DNA from: an uncultured Acidimicrobiaceae bacterium
GTDB taxonomy: Bacteria > Actinomycetota > Acidimicrobiia > Acidimicrobiales > SZUA-35
Direction: 5' to 3'
Length of the DNA stretch: 64,000 bases
Assembly: GCA_964648795.1 (NCBI GenBank)
Contig: CAZYMB010000001.1
Coordinates: 62,920-126,919, forward strand
The position numbers and the translations under genes were made by a program. Shown here in pieces: positions 18,181 to 25,726 of this stretch. Each line of letters opens with the position of its first letter. Positions within the stretch are counted from its first letter, which is position 1. The notes beneath the pieces are model-generated. The model saw only the letters and a program-made list of their open reading frames with translations. It made no database searches and was not told the origin of the DNA.

Positions 18181-18660
18181 TTAGAGTGTGTTGCCTCTGG
18201 ACTGATTACCTTGAGGAGGTTCGGATGCACCCATGGTTGTCGCTCGATTGAATTCGGCTTTAGTTACAGTGATGGTAAAGCTGTCATCTTCAGATTTTCG
18301 AGCGTTAAGGGCCGCTTCAATTTTGTCAAACAAAAGTTTGATTTCTGAATCGTATAGATAATGCCGCTGACCAGAGGAATGACTTCCTCTGCCGATCCCA
18401 AATTGAGGAACCAGCATCCCGAAAATAGGTTTGACCATGCGTTGAGCTGGGGAAGTTTGCGATACGTCTTCGGGTTCTAGTCTCAGTGATATCTCAAAGT
18501 CATCGGCTAGTTTTTTTGCCTTCTTGTCGTTGGATAGGTAGTCGAATATTAGGACCGCTATGTCGACTCTGTTTCTTCTCTTTCCAGCGACAGTGATTTC
18601 TAGTTCTATTCGCCGAGATGATTGTTCTGGTAGCTCTTCGCTGAAGTTTGATTCCGCCAT
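18181..18660 (-). CDS. Hypothetical protein (159 aa), first gene of the ligase/primase-polymerase string
   Basis: ORF ends 10 nt upstream of the proposed ligase start. I recognise no family. Confidence 0.45.
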   Translation of the reverse strand: MAESNFSEELPEQSSRRIELEITVAGKRRNRVDIAVLIFDYLSNDKKAKKLADDFEISLRLEPEDVSQTSPAQRMVKPIFGMLVPQFGIGRGSHSSGQRHYLYDSEIKLLFDKIEAALNARKSEDDSFTITVTKAEFNRATTMGASEPPQGNQSRGNTL

Positions 18661-18761
18661 ACATGTAGTCTAGAGGTCACACTAAGTTTTCTACTCGTCG
18701 ATTAGCTCAGGCTTGATGGCTAGAGTTCTATCTTCACGGTCTTCGGGCCCGCAATAACCTC

Positions 18762-18779
18762 GAGAATATCGATATTCTC
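18762..18779. promoter_or_regulatory. Perfect 18-bp palindrome GAGAATATCGATATTCTC in a divergent promoter region
   Basis: Read directly from the sequence. It lies 68 nt upstream of the pccB ATG and 102 nt upstream of the 159-aa gene. It has zero loop and is AT-rich, so an operator is more likely than a hairpin. Confidence 0.35.
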
Positions 18780-18847
18780 CGCCGTGGCTCACATTATAAC
18801 CGTTTAGGGATGCGGAACTTCCTGGTCTGGGACTACGATTAACAGGA

Positions 18848-20398
18848 ATGACTCAAGTATCTATGCAATCACAAATATCAGCCTTAGAGCAAAAAAAGTC
18901 TGAGGCTAGAGCTGGTGGCCCAGAGAAGTCTGTTAAGCGCCAGTTGGATAAGGGTAAGATGCTGGCCCGTGAGCGTATCGAATACTTGTTCGATGAAGGC
19001 TCATTTAACGAGTTCGACATGCTTGCAAGGTCACGACACCCAGAAGCCAAGGACCGACCTTATACAGACGGCGTTGTAACTGGCTGGGGTTTGATTGACG
19101 GCCGCAAAGTATTTGCCTTCTCTCAAGACTTCACAATCAATGGTGGATCGTTGGGCGAGGTATTCGCCGAAAAGATCCACAAAGTTATGGACATGGCGCT
19201 ATCGGTCGGAGCTCCTCTCATTGGACTTAACGATGGCGCCGGGGCAAGAATCCCAGAAGGTGTAGTAAGTCTTGATGGCTACGGTGGCATCTTTCATCGC
19301 AACGTCGCAGCCTCAGGAATTATCCCCCAAATAAGCGTCATTCTTGGCCCATGTGCCGGTGGCGCGGTATATAGCCCAGCTATGACTGACTTTATATTTA
19401 TGGTTAATGAATCTTCACACATGTTCATTACAGGACCTGATGTAGTAAAGACTGTTACTGGTGAAGATGTAACCCTGGAAGAACTAGGAGGGGCGCAAAG
19501 CCACTCGATTCGTTCTGGTGTCGCAAACTTTGTTTCTGAAACAGAGACAGATGTTCTGGACGAAGTTCGCCGACTGCTATCTTTCTTGCCCGAGAACAAC
19601 CTGTCGCCAGTGCCCCTCTTTGAATGTGAAGACCCAATAGATAGAGACTGCACCGTCTTAAACGAGATATTGCCGGAATCACCGTCGATGCCTTATGACG
19701 TTAATGAAGTAGTAGCCGAGATTGTAGATGACGAAGACTTCTTCGAGTACTCATCTAATTGGGCTGGATCAGTTATTTGCGGCTTCGCTCGTATCGACGG
19801 TCAACCAGTCGGTATTGTGGCGAACCAGCCATCGGTTCTTGGGGGAGTGCTCGATATCGAATCTTGCTCTAAGGCAGCCCGATTTGTACGGATGTGCGAT
19901 TCCTTTGGACTTCCTTTAATAACTCTTGTTGATACTCCTGGTTTCTTGCCAGGTGTCGACCAAGAACAAGGCGGAATTATCCGCCACGGTGCAAAGCTAC
20001 TTTACGCATACTCAGAATCTTCAGTGCCACGAATAACAGTCGTAATGCGAAAGGCATATGCCGGTGCTTACGTGGCTATGGATTCAAAAGGTATTGGATC
20101 TGATGTGGTGTTAGCTTGGCCGAGCGCCGAAATATGTGTAATGGACCCAGGTGCGGCCGTTGACTCTATATACGAAGAAGAGATTAGCTCTGCCGCAGAT
20201 AAGAAGGCAAAGCGTAAAGAGTTGTTGATCGAGTACAGGCAAAATCAGGCCAGTCCTTACGCTGCATCAGAACGAGGTTACGTTGACGAAGTAATTGAGC
20301 CGGCTGAGACTCGAATGAAAGTAGCTGAAGCTTTGGCAATGCTTGACGGCAAGTCAGCCGATGTTCCAGAGCGAAAGCACGGCAACATCCCTCTCTAA
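18848..20398 (+). CDS. pccB: Acyl-CoA (propionyl-CoA) carboxylase beta subunit / carboxyltransferase
   Basis: 516 aa. Typical carboxyltransferase sequence throughout: ARERIEYLFDEGSF, DFTINGGSLGE, GPCAGGAVYSPA, RKAYAGAYVAM. Confidence 0.9.
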   Translation: MTQVSMQSQISALEQKKSEARAGGPEKSVKRQLDKGKMLARERIEYLFDEGSFNEFDMLARSRHPEAKDRPYTDGVVTGWGLIDGRKVFAFSQDFTINGGSLGEVFAEKIHKVMDMALSVGAPLIGLNDGAGARIPEGVVSLDGYGGIFHRNVAASGIIPQISVILGPCAGGAVYSPAMTDFIFMVNESSHMFITGPDVVKTVTGEDVTLEELGGAQSHSIRSGVANFVSETETDVLDEVRRLLSFLPENNLSPVPLFECEDPIDRDCTVLNEILPESPSMPYDVNEVVAEIVDDEDFFEYSSNWAGSVICGFARIDGQPVGIVANQPSVLGGVLDIESCSKAARFVRMCDSFGLPLITLVDTPGFLPGVDQEQGGIIRHGAKLLYAYSESSVPRITVVMRKAYAGAYVAMDSKGIGSDVVLAWPSAEICVMDPGAAVDSIYEEEISSAADKKAKRKELLIEYRQNQASPYAASERGYVDEVIEPAETRMKVAEALAMLDGKSADVPERKHGNIPL

Positions 20399-20417
20399 GA
20401 TTGGTACAATCTACAAA

Positions 20418-20573
20418 GTGGCAATAGAAATCAGCTCTATCACTCCAGAACCAACTCCAGCTCAACGGAAACTTATTGAAGCTGCAATAGTAGAGGCTTG
20501 GCCGACTCCAGCTACTCCACAGCGTAGGGAAGCCTCGCTTTGGCAATTCTCTAGGAGAACCTGGGGAACCTAG
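20418..20573 (+). CDS. Probable acyl-CoA carboxylase epsilon subunit (small, AccE-like)
   Basis: In-frame GTG at 20418 within track ORF 20343-20573, 20 nt after the pccB stop. The peptide VAIEISSITPEPTPAQRKLIEAAIVEAWPTPATP...W...R has the position and the Pro/Ala/Trp character of actinobacterial epsilon subunits. Confidence 0.5.
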   Translation: MAIEISSITPEPTPAQRKLIEAAIVEAWPTPATPQRREASLWQFSRRTWGT

Positions 20574-20604
20574 ACAGCCCAGTATGGAGCTGTGAGATTA
20601 AACA

Positions 20605-21402
20605 CTACTCTTTGTGTTTTTTGATGAACGTTGGAGTCGTGTCACTAGATTCTGACCTGCTGTATTTATAGCCGTTCCAGTCAAAGTCCTTGAGGTCGAC
20701 GGTCGTTGACGCCTTGTTATCAGAAATCCACCTTGCCATAGCGCCTCTAGCTACCTTGGCATAGAAACTAATTATCTTTGGGTCTTTGCCCGGCTTGTGA
20801 TCTAGAAACTTTGGGGCAATGATGGGAGCCGATAGTGATTTGGTATCTACAGCCTTGAAGTATTCGTTAGACGCCAGATTCACGAGGACTTTATCGCCAG
20901 GGCTGTCAGCCATTTCACTGTTTAACTCCTCCGCAATCTTTGAACCCCAAAAATTGTAGAGGCTGCTACTCCCAGCAAGTTTGACATCAGAACCCATCTC
21001 GAGACGGTAAGGGTTAATCACATCGAAGGGTCTAATTAGGCCGTAGAGACCTGAAAGAATGCGGAGGCGCTTCTGGGCCTCTAAAAGTTGGGTGGTCGTA
21101 GCTTTGGCTGCATTAAAGCCCCGGTATACGTCGCCATCAAACAGGGCTATAGCAGGACGTGCACTTTGAGAAACTTTCTTCGCTTTCGTCCATTCCTGGT
21201 AGCGTTCGAAATTCAACTCGGCTAGCGATTCCGAGATCCTCAAGCTCTTTGAAATCTTAGCGACGTCGAATTCCTTTAACTCTCCAATCAGCTTTGCTGC
21301 CTCTGTCAAGAAGACAGGTTTGGTAAGAGTCGATTCCTGGATGCCACTAGGAAGTGATCGCTCCATATTCATTGACTTGGCTGGTGAGAGTAGTACGAGC
21401 AT
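20605..21402 (-). CDS. yaaA: Peroxide stress protein YaaA (UPF0246/DUF328)
   Basis: 265 aa. MLVLLSPAKSMN, FDGDVYRG, RILSGLYGLIRPFDVINPYRLEMG and NLASNEYFKAV align closely with E. coli YaaA. Confidence 0.85.
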   Translation of the reverse strand: MLVLLSPAKSMNMERSLPSGIQESTLTKPVFLTEAAKLIGELKEFDVAKISKSLRISESLAELNFERYQEWTKAKKVSQSARPAIALFDGDVYRGFNAAKATTTQLLEAQKRLRILSGLYGLIRPFDVINPYRLEMGSDVKLAGSSSLYNFWGSKIAEELNSEMADSPGDKVLVNLASNEYFKAVDTKSLSAPIIAPKFLDHKPGKDPKIISFYAKVARGAMARWISDNKASTTVDLKDFDWNGYKYSRSESSDTTPTFIKKHKE

Positions 21403-21404
21403 CG

Positions 21405-21830
21405 TTATCCCTCCGAGAGTTGTTCTAGCTTACGCTCTCCAAGGGAGATCTTCCAGATAAGTTGGGCCGCTCGAAAGGATAAAACAGCGGTGACTAATGC
21501 CAGAACGGTGTGGATTAGTCGGAATCCCAGGCTATTTGTCTCGATCCAAGTTGTTGTGAGGCTCCATGTCCATCTGCCAATGCTCAAGAACCCAAATGTC
21601 GAAACCAATACAGCGAAAACCTGCGAGGTGATCATATTTTCAGACCATATGTATAGAGCAAGCAAAAGTACCACCGCACCGCTAATGAAGAGGATTGGCC
21701 AAAACAATGATTCTTGATTGGAAGAATTGATGATATTCCAAATGCGATTTGCCCAGATGGCTACCGTCCATGCGGCGAGACCTAGTGTAATACGAAGCAC
21801 TTTCGCCATTTTAGGGGGAGTTTTCGTCAT
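21405..21830 (-). CDS. Hypothetical integral membrane protein (4 predicted TM helices)
   Basis: 141-aa hydrophobic ORF ending 2 nt upstream of the yaaA start. Confidence 0.55.
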   Translation of the reverse strand: MTKTPPKMAKVLRITLGLAAWTVAIWANRIWNIINSSNQESLFWPILFISGAVVLLLALYIWSENMITSQVFAVLVSTFGFLSIGRWTWSLTTTWIETNSLGFRLIHTVLALVTAVLSFRAAQLIWKISLGERKLEQLSEG

Positions 21831-21940
21831 TTATTCTACTTACTAGGTATCCATAACAGATTTAGGGCCATTTCGCTAAACCCCGCAAGCAAAAATCCGA
21901 CTTGGATAGTTGACCTGAATAGACCTCAAAAGGACGTATT

Positions 21941-24127
21941 ATGAAAAAGGTTAAGATCGTAATTCTTGGCTTAGTAGCACTGGCTGGCTTAGCATTCCTG
22001 ACTGCCCCAAGTGGAGCGCAGGCAGACTCTATAGCGCTTTCAACCTTGGTAAACCGACAGCAAACCAATTGGGGCCTAGATACCTTTGGTGAATCAAGAG
22101 CAGTTGCTAACTTTAGTTCTTTAGGTTGGGGCCTTGAAGAAGCAGGTGGTGGCGTTCTTGTAGGTGGAAACTTTCTAAATGTGCGGAACCATGAAAGAGT
22201 CGAATCGCAGCCCTATCTCGCTAAGTTCGACACGGACACCGGCCGTTGGGACGAGACATTTACACCGGACGTAGGTTCACCTGTACTTGTTATTCAAAAT
22301 GATGATGATGGCAATACTTTCCTTGGTGGTGAGATTGACTCATACAATGGCCGTCAAGTTGGAGCTTTGATCAAGATTGATCCTGAGACAGGAGATCAGG
22401 ACTTTAGTTTCAGGGGTCGAGTATTTGGTGGTAATTCAGTTGTTCGTGACTTACATATCTCTAACGATAATTTCCTCTATGTTGCAGGTTCATTCGATGT
22501 TGCTAATGATGGTGGTGCTCCGCTAGATGTGCATAACATTGTGCGCTTTGATCTTCGTGATGGGTCGCTCGACCGCAGCTGGGTGCCAAATTACCGCTCT
22601 GAGTTCAGAACGACTTGGGGAGTTGCTACAAGTTTCGTAAATGACAATGTTTACATCGTTGGCGTTGGTGCTGACCCTCAGGGTCGTGGCCAAGTTGATG
22701 GCGCTCCCAAGGGGGCTATTGCCATCAATAGAAATAATGCTAACCAAGTTACTTGGGACGACTTCCAACTGAACAAAACAGCAGTCCAAAACTATGACGT
22801 TGAAACCACGCCGAACGGACGTCTTTGGATTGCCGGAACAGAACATGGCGTTTATGTTCATGATGAAACTAACAACCTAAGGTTGATCAACAACCACGTT
22901 ACAAATCGAAACACAAATGAGCAGCCTGTTGGTTCCCCTCGAACCGGTGGCGACTACCAGAACTTAGAAAGAGTGGGCAACGTAATATTCGCCTCATGTC
23001 ACTGTTGGGGCTCGCACTCTTCTAAGAATACTCTGATTGACTTCACTCCTAGTTGGGATCTGGCCAACATTGACGCTACCCACACAGGTCAGGTCTCTGC
23101 GGTTATTGCTTACAATGCAACAAACGGTAACCGTCTGCAGCAATTCCAGCCATACTTTGCTGGTGATGTAGGAAGCTGGGCAGTTTTAGCAACCACCGAT
23201 GGCTGTCTATGGACGACCGGTGGCTTCAACTCAGTTGGTGAGCCAGGAACAACTCAGCAGCCTGGACGTGACTTGATTCGCTTGTGTGGCGAGAACGGTG
23301 GCACCCCTGCACCTGTAGTTATTGCTCCGCCGACACAGTGCACAGCAACAGTTTCTGGAAACTCAATCCAGGTTTCTTGGCAAGCTTCGGCAGATGCTGA
23401 TGACTATATCGTTAGGCGAACAGCAGATGGTGGAAACAGTTTTTGGCGAGGTAGAACTGCTGGGACTTCATTCACTGACACTAATCGTGATGCTGTCCTT
23501 GTATATACAGTTGTTGCTGCGAGCGGAGCAGATCAGAGTGCTACTGCAACTTGTGCTACAACGGTAGAAGAACCACCAGAACTTGCAGTCCCATCCAATT
23601 GTTCATTCCAGGTTTCTGGAAACGACATTAACGTCTCATGGACAAATGCAGCCGATGCAGTAAGACATGTCGTATATCGTTCAGTTGACGGGTCAAACCA
23701 ATTCTGGCGAGGTGCAGTCGAGAACGGTGGTAGCTTTACTGATACGAACAGAGATGCATCTCTTGAGTATTTTGTGGGTGCAGTGTTTGCTGATAACTCT
23801 CGTAGTGAGCGAGTTAGCTGTGTGGAGGGTCCAGCAGGACCACCTCCACCACAACCTGCTCCAGTAACTCCAGTTGGCGCATGTACGGCAACGCTTAGAG
23901 CTAATGGTTCCATATTGGTTAACCACAACGGTACCCTTGGTGCTGATACCGAATTCGTAGTAGAACGTTCTGTTGACGGTGGAAACATTTGGTGGCGTGG
24001 ACTAGTCGATGTACGAAACTTTGTAGATACTTCAAGAAGTGGCTCAATTGAATACTTTGTTACCACTAAGGTAGGCAACACTCGGTCGACTCGAGTTGAG
24101 TGCTCACCAGTGATAACGGTTCCGTAG
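21941..24127 (+). CDS. Secreted protein: signal peptide, beta-propeller-like region (delta-60/DUF5122-like repeats), three FN3-like Cys-bracketed modules
   Basis: 728 aa. Signal peptide MKKVKIVILGLVALAGLAFLTAPSGAQA. Repeated segments of the type ...DxxFxP...V..I..DDDGN.F.GG.F..YNG... Three C-terminal modules. AAGGA Shine-Dalgarno upstream. Confidence 0.7.
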   Translation: MKKVKIVILGLVALAGLAFLTAPSGAQADSIALSTLVNRQQTNWGLDTFGESRAVANFSSLGWGLEEAGGGVLVGGNFLNVRNHERVESQPYLAKFDTDTGRWDETFTPDVGSPVLVIQNDDDGNTFLGGEIDSYNGRQVGALIKIDPETGDQDFSFRGRVFGGNSVVRDLHISNDNFLYVAGSFDVANDGGAPLDVHNIVRFDLRDGSLDRSWVPNYRSEFRTTWGVATSFVNDNVYIVGVGADPQGRGQVDGAPKGAIAINRNNANQVTWDDFQLNKTAVQNYDVETTPNGRLWIAGTEHGVYVHDETNNLRLINNHVTNRNTNEQPVGSPRTGGDYQNLERVGNVIFASCHCWGSHSSKNTLIDFTPSWDLANIDATHTGQVSAVIAYNATNGNRLQQFQPYFAGDVGSWAVLATTDGCLWTTGGFNSVGEPGTTQQPGRDLIRLCGENGGTPAPVVIAPPTQCTATVSGNSIQVSWQASADADDYIVRRTADGGNSFWRGRTAGTSFTDTNRDAVLVYTVVAASGADQSATATCATTVEEPPELAVPSNCSFQVSGNDINVSWTNAADAVRHVVYRSVDGSNQFWRGAVENGGSFTDTNRDASLEYFVGAVFADNSRSERVSCVEGPAGPPPPQPAPVTPVGACTATLRANGSILVNHNGTLGADTEFVVERSVDGGNIWWRGLVDVRNFVDTSRSGSIEYFVTTKVGNTRSTRVECSPVITVP
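23339..24103 (+). repeat. Three tandem 72-74-aa protein modules, each delimited by a Cys pair
   Basis: Cys codons at 23339/23552, 23600/23819 and 23882/24101. Shared pattern: C..(V/L)SGN.I.VSW....DA...VV.R..DG.N.FWRG.....SFTDTNRD..LEY.V........S....C. The linkers are Pro-rich. Confidence 0.75.
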
Positions 24128-24140
24128 GAAGGTCCAAGAA

Positions 24141-24704
24141 ATGAATAACAAAAAACTAATTGCAGCTGGATCTATAGCCATTGTCCTAGCAGTTGGCTGT
24201 TCAAGTGACAGTTCTGACGAAGCTATTGATGAGCCCACAGATGAAACTGAAGAAGTGGAAGTAGTTGATGACGCTATCTTCGGCCTTGGCGATAGTGATG
24301 GGGAAGTAGAGTCTCGAGACGATCTCACCAACTTGCTGCCGACCAGTTTTGTTGCGGAGTTCGCCGATGACAACAATGTAAGAGTCGATTTCGAGATGGG
24401 TGACCCTGAGTGTCAGGGTGCTCAGGTGCAATTATTTGAAAACAGTGATTCAATCGAGGTCAGTGTTCGCGTGGGCGAGTTGCCTGGCCGAACATTCTCA
24501 GACTGTCAGGATGCGATAGGAAACTTCTTTACCGTTGTTGAACTTGATAGCCCAGCGGGTGATCGTTCGATAGTTGCAGCCGAGGAACTTGAACCAGATA
24601 ACCCTGGAGTAGATCTTGGAGAGCCTGATCCAGTCCCTCAAATTGCTGATGGTGAAGTAGCCGTAGAAAACCAGGTAATCGATCCAGTAGACGTCGAAGA
24701 GTAA
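24141..24704 (+). CDS. Acidic putative lipoprotein
   Basis: 187 aa. N-terminus MNNKKLIAAGSIAIVLAVGCSSDSSDE is lipobox-like (LAVGC). Very Asp/Glu-rich. Starts 13 nt after the preceding secreted-protein gene. Confidence 0.6.
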   Translation: MNNKKLIAAGSIAIVLAVGCSSDSSDEAIDEPTDETEEVEVVDDAIFGLGDSDGEVESRDDLTNLLPTSFVAEFADDNNVRVDFEMGDPECQGAQVQLFENSDSIEVSVRVGELPGRTFSDCQDAIGNFFTVVELDSPAGDRSIVAAEELEPDNPGVDLGEPDPVPQIADGEVAVENQVIDPVDVEE

Positions 24705-25538
24705 CTACTCGATAGTTGTTGCGACTTCTATTCTGTCTTGATCCCACTCTTTAGCTTGTTTTAAGGCTTCAGTTGAAGCCTGTATGATCTCGTCTCGAGT
24801 GAATGCATGAGCCGGATAACAGGCAACACCTGCCCAGACAGTCGCGTGTTTGTCACTTGCATCTTGTAAATTGCGGCGAATCCGTTCTACGGTCCAAACT
24901 GCACCTGTTTCGGGAGTGTCCTCAAGTACTAGTGCGAACTCTCCACTCGAAAGTCGACAGGCTGTGTCGGCATCTCTAATAGTCTCCTGAATGGCTGCAG
25001 CTGTTTCTTGCACGGTTAGCTTAGCGTCGTCTGCTAGGGCAAGTACTACAACTGAGATTGGTCGTAAGTGACGTCGTGCTGAGGCTATTCGTGTCTCTAG
25101 TGCCACCTTGAAGAAGTTTTCGCTGAATAGCCCAGTTGATGGGTCGTGCAGAACATCGGGCCCCTGCGTCTCAGGCTCGGAACTTGATGCGTCATTTTTA
25201 AAGTTGGTGTCATCATCAACAGTAACTTTTTCGACTTCTCCCGAGTTTTGTAGATCGTTCACAGCTTGTGATGTCTCTGCCGTTTGGGCCTTGACGTCTT
25301 CCAACTCATTAGTAATAAGGGCCTGTCTACTTTGACTTTCTATGATTTTGCGGTTCATGATCACGAGCCACCAAGCCGCACAACCCGCACAGATTCCGGC
25401 TATTGCACCAAGCGTTGGGCTTTCTAAGACCAGAGAAAGTACGCCTACGACGAGACCAGTCAGCCCCACAAGGGCTCCTGGAATGGCGGTAGTTGTTTTC
25501 ATAGGGTTCCCTCGGCTGATTTCGTTATAATCAGCCAT
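24705..25538 (-). CDS. Membrane-anchored GGDEF-domain protein with a degenerate signature (SSGEF)
   Basis: 277 aa with two N-terminal TM helices. GGDEF-domain features: DPSTGLFSENFF, ISVVVLALAD, and CRLSSGEFALVLED, where SSGEF (24936-24950) replaces GG[DE]EF. Confidence 0.7.
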   Translation of the reverse strand: MADYNEISRGNPMKTTTAIPGALVGLTGLVVGVLSLVLESPTLGAIAGICAGCAAWWLVIMNRKIIESQSRQALITNELEDVKAQTAETSQAVNDLQNSGEVEKVTVDDDTNFKNDASSSEPETQGPDVLHDPSTGLFSENFFKVALETRIASARRHLRPISVVVLALADDAKLTVQETAAAIQETIRDADTACRLSSGEFALVLEDTPETGAVWTVERIRRNLQDASDKHATVWAGVACYPAHAFTRDEIIQASTEALKQAKEWDQDRIEVATTIE

Positions 25539-25627
25539 ATTTTTCTCGGCTTAAGAATAGTTCAACATAAGCAATATTAGGGGAATAGTTCTAATAGAGA
25601 CCTGGTTTAAGTAGGGGACATAGAAAA

Positions 25628-25648
25628 CTTGATAATAATACACTCAAG
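25628..25648. promoter_or_regulatory. HAIR-like HspR operator CTTGATA-N7-ACTCAAG upstream of dnaK
   Basis: Read directly from the sequence. The right half matches the HAIR consensus (CTTGAGT-N7-ACTCAAG) exactly and the left half matches 5/7. hspR is the last gene of the same operon. Confidence 0.6.
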
Positions 25649-25654
25649 TTTATG

Positions 25655-25679
25655 TAGTAAAGTGACGAATACTTTACTA
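25655..25679. promoter_or_regulatory. Perfect 9-N7-9 inverted repeat TAGTAAAGT-N7-ACTTTACTA overlapping a TATACT -10-like hexamer
   Basis: Read directly from the sequence. It has the same 7-nt spacer geometry as HAIR and shares the inner AGT-N7-ACT. TATACT lies at 25678-25683. Confidence 0.4.
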
Positions 25680-25726
25680 TACTAATCAACTTAAGGCCCC
25701 TAGGGGCACAAGAAAGTAGGAGCACA

